A DNA stretch of 63,578 nt, counting the filler, from Globobulimina sp. (Eukaryota): NCBI GenBank assembly GCA_003354225.1. It is 35 parts of 35 records of this genome, joined end to end, with 100 filler letters (N's around TTAATTAATTAA, not from the genome) between each part and the next. Parts side by side here need not be neighbours in the genome. Positions count along the whole stretch, not along the records: positions 12,747 to 14,466 come from PIVH01012723.1; positions 14,567 to 16,286 come from PIVH01012724.1; positions 16,387 to 18,106 come from PIVH01012725.1; positions 18,207 to 19,926 come from PIVH01012726.1; positions 20,027 to 21,746 come from PIVH01012727.1; positions 21,847 to 23,565 come from PIVH01012728.1; positions 23,666 to 25,384 come from PIVH01012729.1; positions 25,485 to 27,203 come from PIVH01012730.1; 27 more parts are not named here. One strand, given 5' to 3'. The position numbers and the translations under genes are program-made. The notes under the pieces were generated by a model. That model did not search any database. It saw only the letters and a program-made list of their open reading frames with translations, and was not told where the DNA came from. Positions 12,747 through 25,680 of this stretch are shown here, in pieces (the first letter of the stretch is position 1; each line of letters begins with the position of its first letter).

Positions 12747-13735
12747 ACAGTACGTGCAATGAATATAGAATTAGAATCAATGCATTTTGAAGCTGCTCGT
12801 GGCGGATTAGAATTTAGTATGAAACCGTCTTTTGGTATACAAGGTGGTGATAATTCATTCTTATGCAAACAAACCGTAAAACAGATCGCTAGAAATCATC
12901 AATTAAGGTATACGAAGGTCTTTTTCTGCAGCTTGGCATTTTCGACGTAATCTGACCATGTTCAAACTAATGCGAAAATGCTAAGAAACAGGAACTTTTG
13001 GTACTGCCTACGACATGCAATTAAATATATATATTAATAACACATTGAAGAGCATTGTTTGCGACAACTCCAGAATGTGATGATACAGCGCTAGGGAGCA
13101 ATGGCGCTCATTTTAATCATTCCGTATGGGATGAAAATGGTAAAAACATATTTTTTGAAGCAGATAGTGATGGATGTAATCGATTATCATTACGAGGGAA
13201 GTATTGGATTGGTGGCATATTAGAACATTTTAAGGGTATGACTGCGTTCTGTGTTCCAACGGTAAATTGTTATCGAAGGGTGAATGGTAAACATAACTGG
13301 TCACCAAATAATGCTTCATATGGATTTAAAAACAGATTATGTGCACTACGAATTAAAATGGATGACAATAATATTAATGATTGTTATTTTGAATATCGAC
13401 TGCCGTGCGCTGCGTCCAACCCATATTATGTTATTAGCTGTGTAGTAATTGCGGGAATGCATGGGATGAGAAATAAAATATTACCAAAGTATAAACCTTG
13501 TAAACAAAGTGACAGCGATCCGGATCAAGATGCAAAATATGAGAAAGTACCGGCAAGTTTAGAGTCTGCATTGATTGAATTGGAAAATGATACAGTTATT
13601 TGTAAGGCGTTTGGTGATTGGTTTATTTCTTTATATTGCAAAGTTAAAAGAATGGAAATTGATTTTGTTCAACAATATACCAAACAATTTGGTGATCGCA
13701 ACAAAGCCGAAAAATTTCTTTTTTCAAAATTGTAA
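12747..13735 (+). CDS. Glutamine synthetase type I-like protein (FluG/lengsin-like), C-terminal half; intron 12908-13050
   Basis: HFEAARGGLEF, SNGAHFNHSVWD, PTVNCYRR, YGFKNRLCALRI, FEYRLPCAASNPY. Confidence 0.88.
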
Positions 13736-13882
13736 ATATTAATCAGACATACGGACTGATACTTGTATGTACATAATTATAACATATTTATTCTTTTAAT
13801 TACGTTTTATAGTTTATTCTTTTTTGCTAGCCAATAAAATGATAATAATACTTCATTTATAGTGTACTAAACCGTAAATAGC

Positions 13883-14466
13883 ATGTCAGCTGACACAAAA
13901 GAGGAAGCACAAACAGAATACAAGTCAACCTGTGACGAAGCACAAGCATTCCTCAACAGCGAACGCGAATATGTAGAAAATGGTTTGCGTGTTGGCTTTG
14001 AAACCTTTTTACATCGCTTAGAAGTTCATAATAAATTGAGCCAATCCATAATCTCCGACGACGACGTAAATATAATATTCAGTAATTACCGCACCTTATA
14101 CAACGCCAACAGCAAATTATTCGACGACTTAATGTTATTACGCTTGGACGGCAAAACCAAATTACGCGACAATTTGGGCAAATACATGGTTGACTTCATC
14201 CCATATTTTCGCATTTACACCGATTACATAGTTAAAAAAAAATCGGCCATCGTCCATTTAGACAAATTGAAAAAATCCAACAGGAAATTCAGACATTTTC
14301 TAAAAATCAACGGTATGTCTCTCTAGCCGCAATATCGCATTCCTCCCTCAATTCCGCCGCAAACACAGAAATGTGCGCTGGTCGCAAATTGAAATCCTTC
14401 TTAGAAGAGCCGGCCGCGCGTTTACCGCAATACTTGCAGCATTTGGCCGGCGTCTACGTGGCCTTC
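13883..14466 (+). CDS. RhoGEF (DH domain) protein, 3'-truncated; intron 14313-14368
   Basis: FLNSEREYV, IIFSNY, F.IYTDY, and spliced LKSFLEEPAARLPQYL. Confidence 0.85.
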
Positions 14467-14790
14467 NNNNNNNNNNNNNNNNNNNNNNNNNNNNNNNNNN
14501 NNNNNNNNNNTTAATTAATTAANNNNNNNNNNNNNNNNNNNNNNNNNNNNNNNNNNNNNNNNNNNNCGAAACCAATTAAAACTGTTTGGAATGGTGTTAA
14601 TATTATTGATCCACCAGTTGGTGTTGTGGTCAATCGTTTGTGAGAAATAATTGTTTAATTAAATAATTGTTTGTTCTTTACCTTTCTTCATCCGAGGCAG
14701 TTTTTTAATCTATGCTCCAATTCCCTTAACTCAAGGTGTCAGACTAGATCCAGTGTGTTTTTTTTAACATCCAATACAAACTTAACAAAA

Positions 14791-16286
14791 ATGAGTTCTT
14801 GGCTCGGTTCCATTGCAGTATGTTACAATGTTACACTACTCTTGTTTCATTTTACTAGTGTGGTTTGTCAAAATAAATTACACAGAAAGGAGCAGCTTAT
14901 TTATACGGAGGAGGCGGCGATGACGAGGAAGAAGAAAACAAAACTTATAATCCACCAAACGATAACAATGAAGAACATGAAATTAAACAAAATTCTGCAT
15001 CGCAACAAACAAATAACCATAATAACGCTCAAGGCTACGTTCCCCAAAATGTGTATGCCTCCGCAAAGGGCGAACTATGGAAATTTAACCCAAAACGAGA
15101 AGAATTTAAACTTTTACTAAATGAAGTACAAGCATTAGTAATTGAGCATGATTCCGATGATTTTATCTCATCATTCAAAGTCATCCGGAAAAATGGCGAT
15201 TTGTTATTCAGTGAAACAATATCCAACGAATTACAAATACAATACAACAAAGTTAAAAAATTAATTTATTCTCTAACCTTTTATCCGTACTGTTTCTCAT
15301 TTATTCTATCCTTGCTCCGCACAGTCGAATCATTCGATGGTGTTTGCAATGTACGTTCCATCCAAAGACCGTTTAGAAATATTATCCTTTATTTTTTCCA
15401 ATGCGACGCACGAAGAAGACTTTAAAATGGCGATTGCCATCAAATTATACGAAACCAATCGTCAAGAATCATTTGATAAATTATTGCAAAAAAAAGACGT
15501 GAAAGAAGAGGAAAAAACGTGGATGACGCAGGCCTATGAAATGCATACAGAGACAAACGATTATGACGAGACTGAGACGGATTTAATGGAATTATGCCAA
15601 GACGTAAATATGTTAGATATGGGCAATGCATTTACAACGCACAACAATAACATCAATGACGATGGATCATTCGATGTAGAACCTGATGAATCAGACCAAT
15701 CCGACCAAGAGGAAGAATATAAGCGTAATAAATGGCAAGACGCCGCAGATAAAGCCTACAGTGACGAGGATGGATTAGTATCGCATACAGATAATATATT
15801 ACCTGCCTCCCCGTTCAAAGATGATCCAAAACCATCCGCCAACGCAGTAAATAAACATATAACAGGCTCCAAATTATTTAATCGCACCTACGTTGTTCGT
15901 GAGATGAATAAGGGACAATCCGCATTGGGTTATTTTAAACATAATGATGAGAATGAATTACAATATGAAGGCAAGATCGCCATAAAAGACAGTGAGAACA
16001 AACATTTTACGCCCAACAAAGTATTACAGCATAAATCAAATCGACGCATGTTGCTATTAAAGGGCGATGACATTGCTGTGTTGAATTTAGATAAAGGGAA
16101 AGTTTATGAAACCTGGAAAACGAAGGATAATTTGATTGACATTGCTGCCGTGAGTAAACACGATGAGATGACGGATAATCCGATGGTTTATGGTTTGAAT
16201 AATAGTTCAATGTTTTGTATCGATGGGCGGATCCCCAATAAGCATAGCAAAGTGGTTTCGAGTAAGTAGAAACAGTATAAATCGAT
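14791..16286 (+). CDS. VID27: Vid27/CYPRO4-like protein, 3'-truncated; introns 14818-14885 and 15252-15324
   Basis: Acidic linker followed by NRTYVVR..LGYFKH, FTPNKVLQH..RMLLL, LNLDKGKVYETWK, YGLNNSSMFCIDGR. Confidence 0.75.
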
Positions 16287-16881
16287 NNNNNNNNNNNNNN
16301 NNNNNNNNNNNNNNNNNNNNNNNNNNNNNNTTAATTAATTAANNNNNNNNNNNNNNNNNNNNNNNNNNNNNNNNNNNNNNNNNNNNAAGAAGAGGAGAAT
16401 ATAGAAAATAGCATAACATTAAATGGTGTTGGCGGAGAACAAGATGACGAACAGGAAACATTGGTTTCTGGAGTTAGTAATTATAGTTTGCTTGATTTAA
16501 ACATATCAATTACAGAAGCTTAAAAGACAAAATATCTACATTCGTGACCCTTTTTTTGATGGTGTTTTTGTTGTTGAGTTATGATTTTTTTATTTATTAA
16601 TTCTTTTTTGGGACCACATAAACGAATGGAAAATGTCTGTATTACCATTACATGGTTCATTCCACAATAAAATGGACTTTCATTCCCAGCATTTCCAAAA
16701 CATTCAACTGTTTCTGACAATAATTTGGATAAATGAAAATAATTTCGATTTAGTTTTTTTATTTCAATTATCTGAGAAACGATTTGCTATCGGTTTGCAA
16801 ATCGAGAACAAAGTCAGAACAAATTTATAATTGAATTTTCTGTATACAAAGGGAGGGGGGTTATCTTTTGGAATATATCGT

Positions 16882-18106
16882 TCAATCATCTTCATACTCA
16901 TCTTCATCCTCTTCATCACTTACTTGTTCACACAATACATCCAAATAATCTTTCTCTAAAAAACCTAAATCCTCCCTTGCCTCTGCAAATTCGCCTTCTT
17001 CCATTCCTTCACCAACATACCAATGAACAAACGCCCTCTGACTATACATCACATCATATTTCTTACTTATTCGTTCATTAAACACCCTTGAAATGGCAAC
17101 GTTATTCCCGATCATAACAACCTGTCTCATTGTCTCTGCCAAATCATCCCCATCCAACACAACCGGCGTTCCATCATTTAACCCAACTTTAAAACCAGTC
17201 GGGCACCATTCCACAAAGCTCACTTTTTTATTCGCTTTCAACCATTGCACAGTGGCATTCGCCTCCTTTGCTCGGACTTCACCGCTATAGTTCACAGAGA
17301 TGGCCATATATTTATCCTCTTCGGCGTCAAAATCCATAATTCTAAAACTTTTCAGATTAACATCAAAACTAATATCCATAACACAACACTCAACTTTGTA
17401 AAAAAATTGGTGCCACAAAAACAAGTTTCTGTGATATTTTGAACAAACAAATTATACGTTTCCATCTTTTTTGGTGTAGTGATGGGCGCCATTGAGGTTA
17501 CCATAAAATGCAATCTTGGAAAGGGCACCAAATTCGTTTGATACTCATTAGTATTCACATTCAACTCACCTTCATATCTTAGTGAAGCAGTAGTGGATGA
17601 TATCGTTTTTGTAATCAATCGATTCAAATTATTATACGACGGCTGTTTTATATCCAAATGTGTCTGGCAAATTTCATAAATTGCTTCGTTATCCAATACA
17701 ACTGAGATCTCTGTGTGGTCCAATAACCAATGAGTTGCTAATAAGGCATTGTATGGTTCAACAACACATGTTGATATTATTGGTGATGGATATACTTCGA
17801 ATCCACACTAAATACATAATATTATGCATGCAGTGCATTTAAAGTGAATACAATAGTTTTAACTTTTGATTTCTTTCTGTAATCCACAGCAATGCGTTCC
17901 AAGATTAATGCTCCCAAACCGCTGCCGGTACCTCCACCAACAGAATGATTGAAAACAAAGCCTTGAACATTATCGCAGTTATCCACCAACTTTCGTATGC
18001 GATCATTGACTTTGTCAATCATGTCTTTACCGACGGTGTAATGTCCACGGGCAAAATTGTTGGCTGCGTCTTCTTTGCCAGAGAGTAAGAATTCATTGTT
18101 GTAGAT
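16882..18106 (-). CDS. Divergent alpha-tubulin (retarian alpha2 type), 5'-truncated; introns 17808-17863 and 17342-17394
   Basis: [65 protein letters not shown]; divergent [16 protein letters not shown] and [11 protein letters not shown]. Confidence 0.95.
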
Positions 18107-18974
18107 NNNNNNNNNNNNNNNNNNNNNNNNNNNNNNNNNNNNNNNNNNNNTTAATTAATTAANNNNNNNNNNNNNNNNNNNNNNNNNNNNNNNNNNNNNN
18201 NNNNNNTTGAATGCTTTGAATGAGTTTGAATGGAAGGATACATATTGGCTCATTCAAAGTCAGTATTACATTCAAATAAATGAAATAAATGCCAGTCTTA
18301 TTTGGATTGGGTCGTACAAAATGACAAATGCTTGTTCTTTTTTTTTAACTTTTTAAGTATAATTTAAGTTAAGAAAACAGTTTGCTGCGACCAACATGAA
18401 AGCATGGTTGGTCTCGCTATTGCTTTTTATCATTTTGGCTGCAATAATAGCTATTTGGTATGCAGCAGTTTGTTACAGATGCAATATTGGAGATAAAGGT
18501 AACTTTCCCAACATAACGAACTGTTCCTTCTACACCCTCTGTATATTAATTGTTTATTTGCATGTTTCCATAAAATAGAGATTGGTCATTTAATAGATGT
18601 TTACTTGGTATTTTGACCCTATCTCCAACTTTGAAACTCATGATCAATTCACTTACACTTCGTGTTTTTTTTTAGAAAATTAATTTAAAAATGCTACGTA
18701 GAAATATAACAATAACACACGCACAGTCACCGATTAATTACGGTCCATTCACTCAAACGCACATCGACATTCACTCTCTCATTCATGTATGATTATAATT
18801 AATTATGGTCATGTCAGTGCTGAATCTAGACTCCCATTTCTATTTCTTTTTTTTATGAACAGTTCACGATTTAATATTTAAGTGCATGGGCTATTTTAGA
18901 TTTGGAACAATATATATATATATGAATTTCATACAACGCAAATTTTAATATTAATTAAATTAAATGATTGGTTG

Positions 18975-19926
18975 TTAGACTACATTTAAAGTGTACTGCC
19001 ACGGTAAAAGTACTATAGCCACAGCAGATGAATTGTCGTGCCACGAACTGGGGAATCCGGAAGACATGAATTCATCATCCGGTAACTTCATAAACTCATC
19101 ACATAAACAAATGCATTGTCTTCTACCTTTTAAGGCAGCATCCACATCAAAATACACATCATCGAAAGAAAAAGGTTTTTGAACCGGAATAACTCCATTT
19201 TGTATTATTTTTGGTCTGGTTATCATTCTTGGCGATCGCCTATATTCTTGTTGTGGAATATATCTTTGCCTTAGACGTTTTTTCAGCCACTTTGGTCCAG
19301 GAACTCTTAATGCTGCAGAGAGAATTTTTTGTCCTGCTTTCAGAGGTGGTATAGTTGGGTGTAATGTTGGAGCTTCCACTGAGAAATAACCTTTCCAGTC
19401 AGACATGGGAGGCACAGCTCTGATATTCCTTGTTTCCAACAATGAACCATTTGGATGTCTCGGCCATCGCTCATACATTTCATGGTTCCACCATTTGTGT
19501 TCTGCACTCATAGCATCCCAACGAGCTGAATAATCCTCATCGGAACCATAACCACGAGAAACATCACCATCAGATATTAAAGAATTAATAAACGAGTCTG
19601 GTGGAGGGACTGCAGCAGATATCCGACTCTTTGCAATACTCACACTCAAATTCTTCAACGAGAGTGAATAAGTAGACAATGGTCCAAGTTTCTCCCTAGG
19701 CCGTGCTATCAATAATGCACGGACATTATAACCATACTGTTTTTCAAATTGGTAGTTAATATTATCGAATGTCATGCTGCTACGTATCGTGCAATTCCAT
19801 GATACTATAAATTCATTTTCATCTTTTGTAACAATTACAACGTCCAGTTCTACCATTTCCTGTTTTTTCCTGCCAATAATTAGTTGCGATTCTGCACCAA
19901 TTCCTATATCACATAATTGTTGAAAT
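18975..19926 (-). CDS. Hypothetical protein fragment
   Basis: 293-aa ORF; no family recognised. Confidence 0.4.
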
Positions 19927-20889
19927 NNNNNNNNNNNNNNNNNNNNNNNNNNNNNNNNNNNNNNNNNNNNTTAATTAATTAANNNNNNNNNNNNNNNNNN
20001 NNNNNNNNNNNNNNNNNNNNNNNNNNATTATGTGGAGCCTTACTAACGTTTTACATTATTTTGGCTCGTTTTTTCAGGTTTTGATATATTTGGATATCTC
20101 CATCAATTGTTTATGGTAAGTACTTATCTTACATTTTTCAGAAACCTCTTACTTAAATTTTATATGGTTAGAATTTGTATATAATTTGCACAAAATATTT
20201 TTTATCCTCAGGGTTAATTTAATCATCACATATCCGAAACATCCAAATTAAACTTATCAAAACGTTTTAATTTTGACATGTTAAATTTTGATCTATTCTT
20301 CAATTATCTAGAAACACGCATAACAACATACTTTTTATTGGTTGATAATCAGAGATTGTAATAGAGTTTGAAAAATATGCAAATTCTCACCATATGATTG
20401 TATTTTATCTAATTTGTGATCATGATTTTCATTTGCATTTTGAAGTTTATTTCTTATGTTTGCGTGGAACGATCCATTGTATACGAAATTGTGCAAACCG
20501 TGTTCTGTATTGGATAGTTTCTGTTGCTCATCGTTGACAGAGTCGGATAGCGATGTCAAGCAAATGGAAAAAGAAATCGAGTCGCATCATTCAAATGAAG
20601 TAGATACTAGTAATAAATTACATTTTCATTCTTATGCTGTCGAAACTACTCTAACCACTCAAACCAGCATACCCAATGATTCCAAAGCAGAAGACACTAA
20701 ATCCAAATCCAAATCCATTAATATCGAGATACCTTAATTCAAATTAATGTTTTTTTTAATTATAAATAAATTAAATTTTTATATTTTCAAAAGATTTAAT
20801 TAACTTTCAAAGGATTTAAATTTTTATATTTTATGTATTTTTGAGTTGATATAATATTTGTGCGTGTTATAAGTTATAAGTTATATATA

Positions 20890-21009
20890 TTTATAACAAC
20901 AAGTTGAAATTTCAAATATAACTTTTTTGTTTGAGAAAAGTTATACAGTATTTAGAATAACTTTTTTTTTGTATATGAAATTTCGTACAATGCAACTTGT
21001 TGTTATAAA
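20890..21009. repeat. 120-bp element bounded by a perfect 17-bp inverted repeat (MITE-like)
   Basis: TTTATAACAACAAGTTG (20890-20906) and CAACTTGTTGTTATAAA (20993-21009). Confidence 0.7.
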
Positions 21010-21846
21010 AACTGAAAATGTAATAAATTATTAAATGCTGTTTATTTATGTTCTTTTTTTTTGTGTGTGCATGATTGTGGTTGTAAGATTATAAAACTGT
21101 TTACATCTTTTTGTTTGTTGTTACGGAAAGAATCCGATCACTAACATTAGGGCTCTCCGATTAGTACTGAAAATTTTGAAAACTTATCGAACAGAAAAAA
21201 ATCAGTACTTCTGTTCAATAAGTATGATGTTCGCTTTTTAATTCGCACAAAACTTAATCACACACACACACAAAAATGAGCACACAGATCATAATTATAC
21301 ACACACAAACAAAAACAAATAAAATATGTGCAAGGATAATATACACATATAAATAACAACAACTGTTTACTCATTCTACTCATTATTGTTATTTAATGCA
21401 TTCTCGTTATTGTTGTCTTATTGTTATTGTTATTCGTTAGTTTTCTTTTGTGTAAACAGTTGTTGATCAATAAAATTATTTATTATTTTTTCATGCACTC
21501 ACATCGACACTCACATCATGCACTCACATTCTTATTTACATGCATTTCATGCAATGTCGACGTCGTTGCTCCAACACTCACATCAATATCATTACTATTA
21601 ACAACTGAATATTTATTATTATTTAGTATAGAAACAGTGGACAAAACTGTTCGATATATCAGTCAATTGATATTATACCAAGTCATGATCTTCATACAAA
21701 TAGTACTAATCGTTGCTACCGCAATTAAATTTCGCGATTTTCGCCANNNNNNNNNNNNNNNNNNNNNNNNNNNNNNNNNNNNNNNNNNNNTTAATTAATT
21801 AANNNNNNNNNNNNNNNNNNNNNNNNNNNNNNNNNNNNNNNNNNNN

Positions 21847-23549
21847 CCCTCGCGGATAAATTCCGGATCCTAAAAACATTTTATTTAGTATATACCGAAA
21901 TATTTGCGCAAGTCCTTGATTGTGATCACATAAATCTGAAAGCGGCAACAGATAAACAATTACAGACAATTCGTACCCAAACCAAGATAAAACGTTTTGT
22001 CCCGGAACAACTTTACCTTTGGGCTGGAATACCTACACCCTACGAACGCTGAGTATCCCTGAAACTTGCATTCTATTGGAAACTCCTAAAGGGAGGAAAT
22101 ATATCACTAATGCATAAATGGGCTAAATTGACCCACATCCACCATCATAAATTGTACAAACAATATATTAACCTAAAAAATGAATGGCTCCCAACAACGC
22201 TAAAAACAGTCAATAACGTTACTATCCGAACAGATCCGTTTGACAACATAGCAAATTCTCATGAGCTCAAACCGATAATCGTCCAAAAGCAACATATGAA
22301 AATAATCCATAATCTTAATGATTTCCATCCTATTAAAATCCTAAAACACCTCACCAATGACTACAAACCCATGAATATGTATGAAGTGGATGAATTAGCT
22401 GCTTTTGTAAAAGAACCAATGGTCACTGCATATCGAGAGCTGTTCTACAACTTCAACACCAAACATAATCACTGTAATCTATGCCGCACTGACACGGCCT
22501 TCCCTATTGAATACCACCTAACAGTTCGCTGTCCAAAATTGAATATACTCCGACATGAATACTGGAACCATGCGTCCTTCACCTTTTCACAAAGCGGAAA
22601 AGCAATAAATCACATCCACCATCACCTTTACATGCAGCGCCTCATTGAAATGTGTTCCAATGTCAATTTGCACAAAACGGAGTTCTGGAAGATTGTCTGT
22701 GGTGCCAATTACTATAACAATGATATAAAGGCGTTTGAATACAAACATCGAAGAATCAACATAAACACAACAAAACACACCCTTTATAACGATGTAATCT
22801 CCCATTCCCACAGATGGTTATTTCACGTCCTACAAATCAATAACAATAAAAACACCATCAAAAACATAAGATGCAAACATAACATAGTGCCCTCCAAAAG
22901 GCTTATGTTTCATATTCGCAATGATACCCTCAATGACTGGCACAGATATCAACATAAAATAGAACCAAATGATATTATAATTGCAACAGATTCTTCTCAT
23001 GACCCTCACACAAAGACCACAGGTATAGGCGTCTGCATCATCAATAATGACAAAATACATTGCTTCTCACAACCCATTGGCACCCAATCCAATCATTATG
23101 GTGAACTGCATGCGATTCATAAATCTGAATTTCTCCTAAAATATTACAAAATCAACACTGCGAACAGAAGAATCCTGATATTCACCGACTCACTCTTCAA
23201 TTTCATCCCACTGATCATAACACCGAGCAAATTAGCAAAAAATCCGATCTCTGGCCTGTTCAAAAACACACAAAATTATATCAAAAATAACAAAATATTG
23301 CTCTGGAAAGTGAAATCCCATACCAAGCCCCAACAGCAACCCTTCAACCAAATAGCAGACAGCCTTGCAGAAATTGGTAGAAATCATCCATATAACTCCT
23401 GTTTCATCACAGTTGACTTTAATTCAATACGATATGCCAAATCGAAATCCTTCAAACTTCCAAGGGGCATCAGACCCCACCAACTTTATTTCCTCGCCGG
23501 GATGTTTAAGCAATCGGTGAGTATGGAGCCAGACTTAGACCCTGGCTGA
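21847..23549 (+). mobile_element. Non-LTR retrotransposon ORF C-terminus: post-RT region, CCHC zinc finger, C-terminal RNase H; one in-frame TGA at 22050
   Basis: CNLC...HLTVRCP zinc finger; RNase H motifs IATDSS, NHYGELHAI, IFTDS, KVKSH, NQIADSLA; ends DPG-stop. Confidence 0.85.
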
Positions 23550-23665
23550 ATGTGGCCCCACTACTNNNNNNNNNNNNNNNNNNNNNNNNNNNNNNNNNNN
23601 NNNNNNNNNTTAATTAATTAANNNNNNNNNNNNNNNNNNNNNNNNNNNNNNNNNNNNNNNNNNNN

Positions 23666-25310
23666 CATTAACATTTTGCTGATTTGCGTCTGACGATATT
23701 TTTGCAGCAAACATATTTTCCATCACACATCGGCATGCATTATGAGGAAAATTACAAACTTTTATATATATATTATTCGAAAAAGAAAAATTTAAAAATA
23801 AACAACTCGAATTGACAAAAATATCGATAGCCCATAATGCATAAGCAATATATCGTTGATCCACTGATAATTCATAAAAGAGATAAATACCAAATATAGA
23901 CGTTGAAATCAACGAAATTGAACTTAATAAACACAATTTGGTCATAATAAATACTAATGATGAATTTTGTGATTTTAAATCAGATTTAATTGATTTTATT
24001 TCTTCATCATTCAGCGCACAGCAACAACACATTGATATTTTTTTTAATTTGTTCACCGATGTCATATTATACATGATCTCAGTGACACTGGCATCTGCTT
24101 TTGGTGCTGTTGAACACGTGGAATGTGGAATATTTATTGTGTTTGCTGACGTAGTGGATGCTGTATGAGATGATATATTTGCTCTCATTGTAACAGCTTC
24201 GCGAATGATTACTCTTTGCAATCGTTTCATGAATAAATACAATATGCTTATCACCAACAAAGCGTCTAATACAGTCACTAAAATGTATAAATAATCAAAA
24301 TACTGCGAGCTTTGAACATCTTCATCCATTAAAAACACCATCGACCACAAAACAGAAACAACCGTCATCCAAATAAATAGGAAAACCAACACAGGCTTCG
24401 ATATTTTAAAAATATTATTGTGAAATGCACCATATACTCTTAATACGAATACAGATTCCAAGCAGAATCTACCTAATACATAACATACAGATGCAATACG
24501 GTATGGAATGAGAACAATATTCCGTGTGTGTTGATTATATTGCACTGTTTGCAAAATTATACTGACCGCAGCTATGCCTAATATAGCAACACTATTTAAC
24601 ATAAATGTGGAAATTACAAATGGTTTTGAATAAAACTCAACCGCATTCTTTGTGTTTTTATTGACAAATAAATAAAATACAGAGATCACTAAGAAACAAA
24701 ATGTAATTAAAAAACATATAGCTTCGATGGGTATAGCCGGTAACGAATATATGATGCCATGGCCACCAGAATTATTACCATCCAATGCCTTGTTTGTGGT
24801 CCACCAATCCGCTGTTGTTAGAATATGACTTGTTATCGGCAATATAGTCATATTTATGTTTGGTGCAAATGTTGGCTGAGCTTGCGATGGGTCAGATGTT
24901 GGTTTATAAGATGCTTGTTTTGTAGGTGCCGGTGAATTATTTGGGACCAGTGGTGGTTGAAAAGTAACAAATGCATCATATTCTCCACAATGTAACAAGC
25001 TCTCAAAATAATGTGCATTCAAAGGATCACAAATACCAACGGTATAGTTAATAATTAGTGAATTCATATTGAAACAATCTGTGACTGGGACGTTTTCTTG
25101 CATACAATCATACTCTGTACAATACTCATAATCTGCAGATTGATATGCATAACGTTTAATGACTCCGACATCTTCAAAATCATCACTTTTAGCACATCCT
25201 TTGACTGTGGTATCTGTCTGATATAAACGAAAAACTGCAGCACAATCGTCGCCACCACAATTGAATGAGCCAGGAGACATTAGCTGTGTTGTATATGTAT
25301 AGTTGCACAC
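23666..25310 (-). CDS. Putative 7TM receptor with a Cys-rich extracellular region and PT linker, truncated
   Basis: Cys-rich N-terminal part, PAPTKQASYKPTSDPS linker, about seven hydrophobic helices, IDIFVNSSCLFLNF..YIKVC..H..C C-terminus. Confidence 0.6.
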
Positions 25311-25680
25311 AGTATACAGTTTAATTTAGTATAGTGCTGCTTAACGTTGCTGTTATCGAAAGTTTGTGTGTTTGTTGCTTTTACNNNNNNNNNNNNNNNN
25401 NNNNNNNNNNNNNNNNNNNNNNNNNNNNTTAATTAATTAANNNNNNNNNNNNNNNNNNNNNNNNNNNNNNNNNNNNNNNNNNNNTATTAATACTATAATT
25501 CTTTGCTAATGTACGCGTTTAATTAATGAGTGTCGACTGTTGGGAACAAATATTGTTAGTTTATCGCATATCCTTTGATAATATCATGATTATCATGACC
25601 CATTAGAATGGATTGTTTGTATTTGATTTAATAGACACAAACTGGTGCTTTAAGCCCACCAAAACCTTTACTGAAGTCCT

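Noticed and set aside
17352-17424. Apparent frameshift or pseudogene in alpha-tubulin
   Set aside because: Resolved by the 53-nt intron at 17342-17394.
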